Source: Vitrella brassicaformis CCMP3155 (lineage: Eukaryota; Protista; Chromerida). From it: a stretch of 64,000 bases of DNA. The DNA is taken from positions 186,001-250,000 of the forward strand of contig CDMY01000708.1 in NCBI GenBank assembly GCA_001179505.1, given 5' to 3'. The position numbers and the translations under genes were made by a program. Shown here piece by piece: positions 9,959 through 24,900 of the stretch. Under the pieces are notes generated by a model. The model was not told the DNA's origin and made no database searches. It worked only from the letters and a program-made list of their open reading frames with translations. Numbering within the stretch: position 1 is the first letter of the stretch; every line of letters starts with the position of its first letter.

Positions 9959-12900
9959 ATGAGCCGCGGCGGCGTCATGCTGCGGCCACGGCACCTCTGC
10001 TGGGCTGCGGCCCTGGTGTTTATTGCCCTGTTTTCCCTCCCCCCTGCCCTGGCCAACCGTGTCCACATCGTCACGGGATCAGACCCGACCGATGCATTAG
10101 CTGGCCAGGTCATCACAAGCAGCTCCTTGGGTCCTATCGAGGTGGAGGTGCTTGATGAGACTTTCGAGCGGGACACATCCTTCACGGCCGACGTTTATGC
10201 GGCCCTCGACCCCGCCGGTGGGCTTGGCGGAACACGCAGACAGCCGGCGAACAAAGCGGGAGGGGGTCTCGCTGTGTTTGATGATCTGACCGTGAAGACG
10301 GTCTCGACACCTGGAACCTACACGCTGTCTTTCTTCTGCGACGGATGTCTGTCGGACACGAGCCTGCCCTTCCGCGTGACCGCCGGCAGTGCTGTACGTC
10401 TGAAGATCACATTTCAGCCCACGACTCCCGTCACAGCCGGATCTCCTATCACTACTACCACTGTTGAGGCTGTTGACGTGGACGAGATTCGCGACGCGAA
10501 TACTGATAGAGACATCACAGTTTCCATCACCGGGACTGGAGCATGCGGCGCCTCCCTCGAGGGCACAACGACGCGGTCCACCGGTGGCACTGGACAGGCG
10601 GACTTTACTGACCTGAAGATCAAGGCGGCCGGCGTGGGCTACACTCTCACCTTCTCTTCTCCGTCTCTCCCCGACGTCACGAGCGTCTCCTTTGACGTTA
10701 CCGCTGAGACTGCAGCCGACAGCGTGGAGATCACCACACAGCCACCTGCGTCAGTGGTCGCACAGACGGTATTCTCTCTGTCCTGTACGCTAAAGGACTC
10801 GCACGGCAATACCGTCGCGGTTGGGGAGACTGTGGAGTTGACAACGGCTGCTACATTGACGGGCACGACGAGCGATTCTACCTCTGCTGGCACGGTGATA
10901 TTCAGCGATTTGCGCATTGAAGACGCAGGAGCGTACACAATCACGGTAAGGGGGGACGAGCAACGGCGTCTGTCGGTCATGTGTCGTGTTGTGTCTCTTC
11001 CCTCCCTGTTTCCTGCAGGCATCGTGCACCACGTGCAGCGGCAGTCCTACCCCGGGCACCAGTACCTCCATCACTGTTGTCTACGATACGGAGATTATCA
11101 TCTCTGGCGGCCCCGTCATCACAGAGGGGGGATCCGGAGAATACTCAGTCGTTCTCGCATCCCAACCGCAAAGGAATGCACAGGTGGATGCTAATTTTCC
11201 CAGCGGCATTACTCTTGACGCCGTGACCACCGTCCCCTACCCCCTCATTTTTACGCCAAGCGATTGGGACACGCCTCAAACCATCTATGTCGATGCGGAC
11301 GCGGCCGGTGCGGCGGGCAGTGTGTCGAAGACATATACCATCACTCACTCGGCCACTTCAACTGACCCTGGCTGGGCTTCGCCGAACGTCCGGTGGATGC
11401 CCATGTCGGACGTGACTGTGACTGTGGTTAATGACGACTTTAAGGTCATCAGCATCACGGGTGGAGGATACATTGATGAAGCCACACCACCATCCCCCGC
11501 TACTTACAACATCGAATTGTTGTCCCCCCCGGCCGTTGATCCCACCACGATCTCCATCACCGTCTCACCCGCCGGCGCAGCGACGGTCGACCGCCCTTCC
11601 ATCGACTTCACTGCAGCCACCTCCGGCCCCGAGCCCGTCGTGGTGACGGCCGTCGACGACAACATCGCCCGGCCGGGGGGGTCGCGGGTCATCAGTGTGG
11701 GGCACGTGGTGACCGCGGGGGACACGTCCTTCATATTCTCGCCGTCCAACACGATCGAGTACGGCATATTTGACAACGACGTGCCCAACGTCAGGTGGAC
11801 CCCTGCGGCCGTGACGGTTTTCGAGGGCAAGTCGACGACCACGGTCGTCACTCTTGGCACCGAGCCGGCAGCCGACGTGCAGGTCTCTTTGTCCTGCACG
11901 CCCGGGACGGCGGAGGCCCTCCCTGCCACACAGACCCTGACGGCATCGTCCTACTCGACTGGTGTAACCTTCACGATCACTGCCATCGCGGGAGGCGGGA
12001 CACCGGGGCTGTCCTACGACCACAGGTGTCAGGCGAGCCTGGTATCTGATGACCCTGTGTACAACAGCCCCATGGAGCTGCCTTCCGAGGGCGCAGGGGA
12101 AGTCCTCGTGGCCATCTATCGGAGAGCCTGTGTGGGTGGCACATTCAGGTGGGCAGATGGGAAGAGACCGGTGACCATCACTTTGTGGTGTGTTTGGATT
12201 GGTTTGTTCGGTCAGTGCCACTTGCGACCTCTGTCCTGCGGGTTCGCAATGTGCTGGCGGGGTCTCTTACCCATGCCCACCGGGAACATACAGGTGAGGC
12301 CATTCATCCATTCAACACCGTCATCGCACCGACCTGTCATGTGTCTCGGTCAGCAACGCTGGGGACGCCACGTGCACTCCCTGCCCGATAGGCCACCAGT
12401 GCGATGACCCCTCAAACGTTCCCCCTGCTCTCACTGCCTGCCCTGCCGGAACCTATGCACACCTTAATGGCACGGTTCTCTGCGATCCCTGCCCTGCGGG
12501 TCATGCCGATTTCCACTGTGCACGCATGGCCATCCGGGACAAAACGAGACACCCGTTGTATGTTCCCTGATGCTCAGGACATGAGTGTACCGACAACACG
12601 GCGCTCCCCCGACCGTGTGCTGCCGGCTGGTACAACCCGGCCAAGAGCAATGGTCCTTGCACCGAATGTGGCGCCGGTAAATATTGCCCGCCCCCTCGTG
12701 CCGTTGAGCTGGACTGTCCGGCCGGCTACTATAGCCAGGCCCCCACCGGGACCGGCGGGGCCGAGTACTGCACCATCTGTCCCGCAGGCTCTTCATGCAC
12801 CGCCACAGCAGCCACTGTAAGCATGGGTGTATGTGAGGCCCATGCATTGGTGCACACATCTCCTTGTCTTATCGTTTTCGGAATTTGCACAGGCGTGTGC

Positions 12901-15900
12901 TCTTGGACAGTACGCTCCGGAGGGCACGCCCGACCCGCCGGGGTGTTTCGACTGCCCCGCCGGCATGGCGTGCAATGTGACGGCGCCGACTGAAGTCTGC
13001 CCCCTGGGGACCTTCTCAGAACTCGTATGTGTGACATCTGGCATACGCTTTGTCGCATACGTATGTGCATTGCTGCCTGCCTGCGCGTATGTCCGGCTGC
13101 AGGGTAATGATGAGTGCCGCACGTGTCCCGCAGGCTTTGAATGCACCGACCCAGGGGCGGCGCCTGTCGTAGGGCACTGCACACAGAGGCACAGGCACTC
13201 GTGGGCAAGATTGTACTTGCTTTTGTGTGCTGACTTATTCAGCAATGCAGCAATGCATTTCCCGCGAACACACACTACTCCCTCGGCGGCCAAGTCTACT
13301 GCACGCCATGCCCCGCAGGTCAATGAGACCAACAATCAATGTTTATTTGTCAGCAAACACACACGGCTTCGGCTTCATGGCGTTGATTCGCTCAGGCTAT
13401 AGATGCGACAATGGTCTTCCGGGGGACCAGCCCCCTGTTCGCTGTTTGGAGGGGCAGTACTCATACGAGGGCGATGGCAGATGCCGTGCGTGCGACCCGG
13501 GATATCTGTGTCCTCCCGGATCAGCCACACCCTCACCGAGAGGAGCCGAATGTCCAGAGGGGTGGGGTGTGTCTAGCCACGGAGAAGGAACAACAGTGAG
13601 ACCCATGATCTATGTGTGTGCAGGACGCACTGTGAGGTCGCGGGCGACCCCGTTTTTGGTCAGGTTGTGCTGGCAGATTGTAACGCTGGGACGTGGGGCC
13701 CCATGAGAGCCGCACGATCGCAAGCTGACTGCAGGGACTGTCCTGGAGGTCAGTGCACGGTGAAACGACACAGACCTTCGCTTGCCTTCCTTTCACGATC
13801 GATTGATTTGCTTTTTTGGGTCAGGGTTCTACTGCCCGGCGGGGACCGGCGTGTTCAACCAGTACCCCTGCCCGGCTGGCTATTGGTGCGACCCAGGCTC
13901 GACAACCGGCTTGCAACACCCGTGTGTCGACGGTAAGCAAAGAGAACGCAATCGTGTGGATCCACTCACGGATTACTTATCGGCTGCTGCGCTCTATATA
14001 CAGGCACGTACAATGACGAGATCGGCGCAGTCAGCCAGGACGACTGCAAGCCCTGTCCGGGAGGCACCTACTGTCCCGATCAAGCCGCCCCCGGCATTAC
14101 GGACCCCACCCGCTGTCCGGCGGGCTACTTCTGTCCCCAGGGCATCGACGACCACACTTTTTACCCCTGCTTCAGGGGCACATACAGCCCCAATGAAGGC
14201 ATGTGGCATCAATAAACGGACGTGCCTCACACAGCAGACGAACAGTCGGGTCTCTTTGTCTCTTGCATGTGTGCAGGGATTGAGCATCCGTCCGATTGTC
14301 TGGAGTGTCCCATGGGTCACTACTGCCTCGACGCTGCCGTGGAGCCCACACCCTGCCCCCCAGGCACATTCAACAAACACCCGGGTGCAGGGTACTTCGA
14401 GAACTGCGAGCTCTGCCCTCCCACGTACACCTGCCCCCTATATGGACAGACGGACTACGCAGGAGAGTACAGCTTCCGGTCGGTAGCTGGCTGCCGACAC
14501 ATCCAATCACTGCGCATGAAGTTTCTGTCGATGGTTTGCTTGTGGCAGGTGTGCTGAGGGCCATTATTGTCCCCGCGGGACAGAGCGGCCCGACTCGCAT
14601 CCCTGTCCGCCGGGCACCTACAGCAACAAGACTGGCGTCGAGTCGCTGGCGTCGCCCCAAGAGTGCCACATATGCCCGCCTGGCAAGGTAAGTGCGCAGA
14701 CATGTTGCATCTCCACTGGCCCACTTCTTCTCTGTTGTTGATGGCTGACGTCAGGCGTGTGACTGGGGCACCACCGGCCCGACAGGCACGAAGCCACCAG
14801 TGGATTGTGCAGCTGGATTCTACTGTCCTGCGGGTATGTCCCCGCGCCTTCGACGGCCAGAAGCAACCCTTTGCCCTTCATTTTGTCGGCGCTTCTGCAT
14901 TGATTCGTTAGGTACGTCCGTCCCATCTCAGTATCCATGCCCCCCTGGCACCTACGATGCGGCGACCAACCTGACTGACTCGTTCCAATGCGATCCGTGC
15001 CCGGCGGGCTCGTACTGCCTCGGTGGTGACACGGCGGTGACCGGCCTTTGTTTGGAGGGCTACTACTGCCCTGAAGGCAGCTCCACCAATAGTAAGCGAG
15101 CCTACCGAGAAACAAGCCTTGACACTTGAGTCCTCACGCCTTGCGTGCTATTTCCTGCGTGGCAGAGGCGTTTCCCTGCCCCGCTGGAACGTTCAGAGCC
15201 ACTCCGGGCGCAACGGTCAGGGGGGAGTGCCAGAGAAACACAAAACGGATCCGTTTATACGTTGTGTTTCGCTTCCACCGCCTGCTTCAGAGTGTGGACG
15301 ATTGCGCGAATTGCACAGCGACTAACTACTGCAACGAAGCGAGCACTTCACAAGAAGTCTGCCCGGACGGTACCTAAAACAGGACGCTTCGATGCGATCC
15401 ACCATGTCTCTGCTGCTGTGCCTTACAGGCTCCTACTCTGATGGCCCGAATTTCAAATACAGAGGTCAGTCGTACACATACAACTTTCGACACGCCTTCA
15501 ACTTGTGTGTTGGTATGCCATGCAGGCCCTTCTGACAGCTACCCTTCGTGCATCCGGTGTCCTGCTGGGTACAGCTGCACCGCCGGCGACCGCGCTAATT
15601 GCACCGCGGGCAGTTACTCGAGAAGCGGACAGTCCAGCTGCACGCCTTGTCCTGAGGTGCGGAGGGAGGTGCCGAGTGGCAGAAAGATGATCAACGAAAA
15701 CCCTTCTGCTCTTGCATGTGTGCACAGGGGCACTTTTGTGACTCCGACACGACGAGTGAGGCGGAGATGCTGTCCAACAAGTGTGCGGCGGGTCGCTTGT
15801 GTAACGCCTTGAGCATCGTTCAAGATCCCACCGACACAGACGACAGGCCGTGTCCCGCTGGCAGTTACTGCCCAACAGGCACCACGGCTGCAGGTGGGCC

Positions 15901-18900
15901 TGGCTACAACCACAAGCAACAAAGAATGACCTGTCGAATCTGGTTTGTGGCCGGCTCTCTGGCTGTTCTGGCTTAGTTTCCTGCCCTGCTGGTACTTACA
16001 ACAATCTCGAAGGCCGAGGGTCTTTGAGCGACTGCCGGCCCACTCCTGCGGGGAACTATTCGGATCCCGGGGAGACCAATCCACTGGGGACGGGCGAGTG
16101 CGACGAGGGCCACTTCTGCCCTGAGGTGAGCAGCCAGCAAAAGCACACACAGCTCCGGATCCAGCCACTTGTTGTTCTACGCGGTTGGTTGGTTTCCAGG
16201 GCTCATCCTCGCCGACGCAAGAGCCATGCCCCCCGCGGTAATGAGAAGCATGCAGAGATTAAGCCATCATTCACTCTTGTATCTGTGTGTCAGGACGTAC
16301 CGCAATCTGACTGGTGGTCGAAGCTCCGACGACTGCGCGCCCTGCCCGACTGGCTTCTACTGCACGGGCGCCACCAGTGACCCCACGCCATGCGACATCG
16401 GCTTCTACTGCACACTCGGAGGTGAGTGACGAAGACAGACAAACACCTGTCTCACGATTGTCTCACGAATGAGCTCACCTTCACTCATTCATTCTGCCTG
16501 TCTGTCTATCTATCTATCTGTCTGCCTTGCAGTCGACCGGGGCTTCCCATGCCCGCCAGGCACATTCGGGTGAGACCGTCTTACGCCATTGATCGATTGA
16601 CTGATTGACTGATTGATTGATTCCTTCGTTCACTGTGAACGTATGTCTCTATGCAGCAATGTGACTGGGCTTCGGCGGTCGACCGATTGCGAAGAGTGCA
16701 CGCCGGGCTACTACTGCGACCAGTACGGTCTGAGCGATGTGTCGGGTCCTTGCGACCCAGGCTTCTACTGCTCGGGGAGATCAGCCACATCCGCGCCCAG
16801 AGACGACATCCAGGGCAACATCTGCCCCGCGGGAGGATACTGCGAGGCTGGATCACCTGGGCCATCGCGGTGCCCCATCGGCAAATACAACGCCTACGAG
16901 GGCGGAAAGAGCCTAGCAAACTGCCTCGAGTGCCCGCCTGGTGAGTCAGCTGATGTCACGTCCGCAAGTAGCGATGTGCATCGCTTCCATTGACGGGAGC
17001 GCGCCCGTGTGTCTCTCTGATGGCTCTCACTGACTGACCATGCGCAGGTCTGTGGTGTGGTGGTACTGGAGCGGCTTTGCCCCAGGAACCCTGCAAGGAG
17101 GGGTTCTTCTGCCCTGGAGGGGCCCAGGACGAGAGAGGAAAGACCGATAACGACACCGAAATGCCGGCGCAACCAGGCAAGCAATTGTCTGGGTCACTAT
17201 GTTACAGCCATTGGGTGTGGTGTGTTGTCACTTCGTGCGCGCTGCCCTGATGACCCATGCAGGCTACTATGCTCCTGCGGGGGCGCACAACCAGATCCCC
17301 TGTCCAGTGGGCACCTTCCAGGCCAACAACGCCTCCTCTTCGTGCAACCCCTGCCCAGGAGGCTTCTACTGCGACGAGCAGAACCTCGATGACCGCAAGG
17401 AGTGCCCTGAGGGCACTTATTGCCCGTCAGGTGCATCCATCTACCTGCCATGTCCGCCCGGCACCTACAGGAACGAGACAGGTGGGCAGGTGCTGGCGAC
17501 GGATTGCAAGGGGTGCGAGGACGGCAAGTACTGCCCCGACTACGGGATGACCAGCGCAACCCTCGACTGCGAAGCGGGCTACTTCTGCAAGAGTAAGCGA
17601 CGGCCGAATACTATTATTGTGTACTGTCGATTGCTCGATTGTACAGAGGACCCGTCGATCAACAAGGGGTCGGACTCTCCTGCGCCACAGGTACGTACAA
17701 AAAAGACATGAACATGGGAATGGCCACGTTCGACCGTCTGCTTGTTTATAGACCACCACATCGACAGGCGGCCCATGCCCAGCTGGCCACTACTGCGGCA
17801 ACGGAACGGGCGATCCGACCCCATGTGACCCAGGCTTTTATGCCCCCACGGAGAGAAACGTAGACAGCGATGGCTGCCTGCCATGCACACCAGGATGGTA
17901 AGCGGTGATACTCTGGATGTTCCATTTATTGTTGATCCATTGTTCCAATGGCTTCGGCCCAATGGTGTGTTCATTCAGGTACTGCGCCACTGCGGGCTTG
18001 GCAGCGCCAACTGGTCTGTGTGACGCGAATTATTTCTGCGAAAGGAACAACACAAACCCCAGGCCGGGTGGAGATGAGTGCAAAGTGGGGCACAAGTGTC
18101 CCGCAGGCTCAACAAGGATGGTCCCCTGTGAAGAGGGGACGTACCAGGACCAGGATGAGCGCAGCGAGTGCCTCACCTGCCCCGCTGGATCATACTGCGG
18201 CGTTGCCACCGGGTTTCCTAGTGCCGCATGTCCAGAAGGTGAGTTCCAGCACTCTGTCCAGATGCAGACAACAGTCGATTGCCTTTTGAGACAATCGCTG
18301 TCTTTCGTCGCTGTCTTTCGTCCGCTTTGCATGCAGGTCACTTCTGCCCTGCCGGCACAAGATATAGCACGGAGTTCCCCTGCCCTGCAGGTTTGTCTGC
18401 CTGCATGAATGTCGACCAACGGACGCACAGACAGAATGACAGAAAAACCTTTCTGTTGCTTGTATGTCTTGTGCGTGACTACGTCAGGTACCTATAACCC
18501 CGACTCCGGCAAGCAGACATGGCACGCGTGCCTTGAGTGCCCTCCTGGCCGGTATTGCCCTACGCAGGGCCTCGACTCGACTGTATCCCCGACTGGATCA
18601 GCCAACAAATGCGACGGCGGCTTCTACTGCACGGGAGGCAGCATCTACCCGAATCCTGTTGGAATAAGTATGTCGATCTAATTGTTCACAGAGAAACCCT
18701 CGCATCTGCCTGTGTGTCTGTGTGTCTGTATGTCTGTGTGTCTGTGTGTCTCTGCCTGTCTGTGTCTGCCTGTCTGTGTCTGTCTGTCTGTCTGTCTGTC
18801 TGTGTGTCTGTGTATTGCAGACACTTCTTACGCCGATCCCGTTGCTGGGGAGGACACAACCATCTGCGGCGGGGGGCCCGACATAACATACCCTACACAA

Positions 18901-21900
18901 ACAGCGGCAGAGGTCAGGCAGCTAGGCCGCGAGGAGACATCATTACACCCACAGGCGGAAAGCCGTCAAGCTCCTGGCTGTCTGCTGGCTGACGTATCCA
19001 GGATTACTGCACGGCGGAGCCGACATGCATCGGTGTGGTCCAGCACGGCTCGGGCGACTGGCATCCCCGCTGCGGCAGCGCCACATCAACGGCCACTTGG
19101 GTGCCCAATGCCGTGGGCGTCGTGTTTCCTCAGTTCTACAGAAGGATACAGGGCGGGGGCGGCAGGTGCACCGCGGTAGGAATGACACTCTTTGTGGACG
19201 GTTCATATGTAACATGTCTCTCTTCATGTCTCTTCTTTTATCGCTTCAGGGCCACTTCTGCCCGGCTGGCAGCACAACAGAGAACCCCTGCGATCCCGGC
19301 TTCTACTGCGCAGCAGATGGGCTCAACACGACCACGGGCAGCTGTGCGGCGGGCTTCTACTGCGGTCGGTGACTAATTCCAAACAACCTGGAGGAGACAC
19401 CATGAGCCGCTTGTGTACGTTGCGTTGCAGATGCTGGTGCTGCTGTTCCCGCTCCGCCTGATCGTGTGTGTCCTAAGGGCGGCTACTGCCCCGCAGGCAC
19501 GACGACTGTGCGGAACTGCCAAGCAGGCGAGTTCCAGCCATCGAGGGGCAATGACGACGAATCCGACTGTTTCAATTGCACAGTAAGACAAGCAGACCAT
19601 ATACGCATGGCCCTTGGCCCTCTCTGACTTGTCTATTTTGCTAGTCTGGCTACTACTGTGCGACCCCGGGCCTGCCAGCGCCAACGGGGCCATGCGACGT
19701 TGGTGAGTAAGATCATACGCAAACAGGCACACTCGCTTTCCCTCTCTTCATTTTCTGGCGGTAGGTCACTATTGCGAGGAGGGCAGCTCATCGCGGACTC
19801 AGAACCCGTGCCCAGCTGGCCACAGATGCCCAGTGGCGTCGAGCTTTCCGATTCCGTGTACGGTGGGCAGTTACCAGCCCAGCGGACAACAAGGCAGCTG
19901 CATACCCTGCGGAGCCGGTCAGTCAGCCAGCCAATTAGTCGTTCTCGAACGAAGCGGATGGTGCCTCACAATGTGCTGGCTGCAGGGGTGTATTGCATCG
20001 AAGGGGCAAGCAGCTCCACGCCGCCACCCTGCGCCGTGCGTGACAGACTCACAGAACAAACACGTTTCGCAGAGCTACTGTTTCTGTCTCTCATCTGCAG
20101 AAGGGCTTCTACTGCCCTGCTGGCACGGCATACAGAGACGTAAGCGTTCCTCCTGCCTGTCAGCAAGCAAAACCAAAACACGCACTCGATCAAGGTGTTT
20201 GTTCCTCAGCAATACCCGTGTCCTGTCGGCACATTCCGTGACACTGATGGAGCGGAAACCATCGCAGACTGCTCAGATTGCACTGCGGGCAACTACTGCG
20301 ACGAACTGGGGCTGGACGTTCCTGCTGGGTCATGCGATCCGGGTGAGACCGACCAGACCTGGCAGTAACATTGTGATCAATCTCGTGTCTTGTCTTTGTC
20401 ACTCAGGATATTACTGCCCCGCCAACAGCCCCAGCGAGTCAATCACACCCCGACCGTTGAACAATTACTGCCGCATGGGCGAATACTGTCCGGCAGCCTC
20501 AGGCGCACCCACCAACTGTCCAGCGGGGCTGTACTGCGGCCAGGGAAGGTCGAGACGCACCACCGCACACCGTACTTGAAGAAGTAGAGAAGGATTGCAC
20601 GGTTTTGCTTGCAGGCTGGAACATCCCTCTGGCTTCTGCCAAGCTGGGCATGTGTGCACAAGCCGGTCCTCGACCGCCGCCCCCCTCAACACCCACGGCG
20701 CGTGCAGCGAGAATATGGTCGGATTGCTGTGTGATCCGGGACACTACTGCATGTCAGGTATGGAGAGCAAGTACGTATTGATGGGAGACGTCATGCGTTT
20801 TCTGCTTCAGGCTCCACAATTCGCACCATAGCCGGCGGGGGTGGGTCGACCAACGACAACATCCATGCCCTCGATCGTGACTTCACCGGCGGCGATGGCC
20901 CCGAAGACGCCATCGAGGACGCAGATGGCAATGTATACCTCACCTATCCCGGGGAGCACATAGTGCTCCGCATCGACAAGGGCACGCGCAACATCACCAC
21001 CATCATTGGCACTGGGACTGCCGGTGCCATCCCTCCGGGACCCGTCCTAGGGACAGCCTTTCCGTTGGATGAGCCGAGAAGGCTGGCCATGGATACGAAG
21101 GGAGGAGTGCTGTACGTATCGGACTCCGGCAACAATCGCGTCATCAAGTATCTGATTGCCGACGAGGAAGCGGAAGTGCTGACGACGGGCCTGAGCGACC
21201 CCCGCGGCATGGAATATGACCCATCCTCAACCGAGCTGTACGTCGCGCTCGCTGGGTCCCACGAGGTGGTGTCGCTGGACACTACTAATGGAGCTAGAAC
21301 CGTTGTTGCCGGAACATCAGGCACATCTGGATGTAAGACAGACAAAAGTCGATGTGCTGCGACTGTTGCTGTATGTATCCTTGATTGGTGTTGCAGCTGC
21401 AGCCGGTTTCCTCGACACGCCCATGGATGTCACCCTCGACAGCAGCGGCAACATTTATGTCGCCGACTTTGGTAACCACATGGTGAGTACAGTCACACAC
21501 GGACATACAGGCGCCAATATTCGCTCCTCACACAAAATGGCTTTTTCCCTTCAGATTCGCGACGGTAGCCTAGCCACGATTCCCGCTTGCACCACAATTC
21601 CCCCTTGCGTCGGCGACGGCAACGATGGTTCGGATGGCGATTCAGACATCTACAAGATTCGACCTGACTCGGGCAGCTTTGATACTGTTTCCCTAAGTGG
21701 CCCGACGGCAGTGCAGGCCGTCAGACTCACAGTGGTAACACAGGCGAAAGCGTAGCACGCAAGAGTGTCTCGCCAGCACCACCCACGGTCGGCCCACATG
21801 TGTATCTGTATTGGCTCATCAGACCAGGGAGGCTCTTTTCATCGCAGATCAGTCTGCGCATCGGTCAGTGAGAGACAATGACATCAGTCGGCTCGATACG

Positions 21901-24900
21901 TTGAATAGTGACTGCTCATCATGTGCCTGCCTCTGCAGCATTCGATTCATTCCTTTCTGGACAGCCCCCAAGATCTACACGGTTGCTGGCGACGGCACAG
22001 GTGGCTTCACCAAAGACGGGGGGGCCTTGCCTGCCAACGAAGCGCAAGTCCACACACCAACCGGCCTCAACGCCGCAGTCAGACAAGTGAGAGCACCATG
22101 CTATATCTTCCGCACTCACCATGGCCATCTTGCCCCGCGTGTGTGTCAGTCGAACGGCTACGCGTGGCATCTATATGTGGGGGACAAGGGGAGCAACCGC
22201 ATTCGTCAGCTCATCATCTCGCCAACTCTGTATGAGTCGTCTTCCAGGCAAAAATGCCCTGTTGGTGAGCGACCGAGCCTGCCATACAGGGGAAGTTCCA
22301 ACCTTTGCTTGTTTGTCTCGTCCCTCAGGCTCGTACATGCCCTGGACGGGCAACACTGCCGAACAAGACTGCATTCTGGTCAATACAAAACATGCGACAC
22401 ACAAAGGCAGTCACCTCTGGGGCGAACCAATCGCAATGTTGCGTCTCTCCATGGGTCTTCTCTGTGTCAGTGTGATCCGGGCATGTACTGCAGTTCCCTT
22501 GGTCTGACGGCCCCCACCGGTCCCTGCCAGTCCGGGTACTACTGTCCCGAGGGATCCAGCAGCGTAACCGCCGTCGACTGCCCCGCGGGACACTACTGCG
22601 AACAAAGACCAGGTGTGTCAGTAGGGCACACGTCAATCATACGCACACCACACGCCAATGTACTCTGTGCGTCAGGGGTGGATGACGATCGCGTAGAGAA
22701 CAAGCCCGCCTCGTCCACGACTGCCATTCCCGGGTTCCCCCCCTCCAACGCCGTGGATGGCAACGGCGGCACCTACTGGCAGGCGGCTTTTACGGGAGCG
22801 ACGTATCTCGAGGTGTCTCTGGAGGAGTGGTACTTGGTGGATCGATTCCACATCACCATTGTGACTTCACCGGACGGGCTCTACCTCACGGCGTTCACAC
22901 TCCAGTATGAGGACTTCTCTGCAACCAGCGGGCAGTGGGTCGACTTCACCATCGAGCACTCCATCAGTGCTCCAAACACGACGGTAAGTGACTGAAGGAA
23001 GGGACACAGAATGACAGCAAAGACGTCCTTGCGACCTCGGTAACTAGATCGACGCGGCGATCGACCCTCCACGCCCAGTTGAACGGCTCCGACTGAGTAT
23101 CACAAGTACGGCTGGGACAGGGAACATCAAGATATCCGACTTCAACGTTTACGGCAGCAAAAGCACCGGTAAGGGAATGCGAAGCAGCCGTCACGCTCTC
23201 TTGTCTCCGTTCGCCATGATTGGCCCGTCTCTGTCAGGGGCCCCTGTCGCCGTGCGGTGCTCGCCAGGCACATTCCAAGAAGCCTCGGCACAAGCCAGCT
23301 GCCTCGTGAGTCATCCAACTCCATCGATTCACTCACCCATCGCACACACGTTTATGCCATGTGTCCCTTCCCTTTAGACCTGCCCTGCGGGCTACTACTG
23401 CGACGGCATCCAATCGGACCGGGCCCTTGACTGTCCAGCAGGCTACTACTGCCCGGAAGGGACTGAGTGGGGCACCCAGTACCCCTGCCCTGTCGGCACC
23501 TACAGCGATGTCCAACGTCTCACCTCGTACACGGAGTGTAAGCCGTGCTCAGCCGGCCAGTACTGCGCCCGGCGGGGCCTGTCTGCACCCAGCGGGCTCT
23601 GTGCGGCGGGCTACTACTGTAGGGAGGGCAACTTCCTCCCTGCCCCACGAGTCAACGAGACTAACCCGGATCCTTTGGCCGAGAATGTTACCATCCTCGG
23701 TGGCCCGTGTCCTCCCGGCTCCTACTGCCTGGAGGGGACGGAGTACGAGACGCAATACACATGCCAATCGTAAGTCCGCCAGGGAGACACTGGATATACC
23801 CATTGCGCATGTGTGTGGTTGTTGTGGTCGCTCCCGCAGAGGATTCTTCTCGGTGTCGGAGGGCGCCGACTCGAACGTCAGGTGCGGTGAAGCAGTGCCG
23901 GCAGATCCATATACTCTGTTGAATGTGCACCCTCCTATGGTATGTGTCTGTGCTCAGCTGCGTGGCCTGCACTGCGGGATACTATTGCGAAAACACCACC
24001 ACCACCATCCGCCAACCATGCCTTGGCGGGTACGTGTGTCTCAGCGGCAGCGACACTGGCCAGCCCGACGGCTCTGACTCAGGATGTCCAGATGCGTATC
24101 CGTGTAAGGGCTACCCTTGCCCTGAAGGCTACTACTGCCCTGCGGGCACATTCGCTGAGAAGGTTTGTAGGGGAGAAAGATCGACACGATTGTAATCGTG
24201 GTGGAAGTATCCTCCTAATTCCGCTCTGCAGGCGTGTCCTCCTGGCACGTATAGTGGCGCCAGAGCGCCTGTGTGCAGTGACTGCCCGCCGGGAAAGTAA
24301 GAAACCGTCACCCGGACAAACCAAAAAATAGAAGAGAGGGATAGACCGATGGATGGATGGCTTCGTTCAGGTACTGTCCGATATCGGGTCTGAACGCCTC
24401 GTTTGTGCAGGGTGCCAATGCCCCATACATCTGCCCTTTTGGCCACTACTGTCCGGAGGGAAGCATCACCCCCGTCCCCTCCCTGCCGGGATACTTCGTC
24501 GACTACGAAGGCGCGCAGAAGCCCACACCGTGCACCAACGGAGAGTATTGCAGGTCAGCAGTCTGTCTTTACACGAATGGATGGTGGGATGGATGGATGG
24601 ATGCATTCGATAACAATGTCTGCTCCTTCCTTCCTTGTTCGTAGTGGCTACGGGCTGAGCAGCACGTCCGGGAGGTGTGCGCCAGGCTTCGGGTGTCAGC
24701 AGCCGCCCTGTGCGCCAACCGACATCATGTGTCCCCCCGGTGCAATGTACCAATACGAGGTCGACCGCATCTTCGACAGCGCTGACGACATATACGTCGG
24801 CAGGTGCCCCATAGGCCACTACTGTCCCGCCACGAACCCTGACGGATCGCTCTTCGGCGGCGTGCCACTGCCATGCCCTCCAGGGGAGTACCAGGTACCT

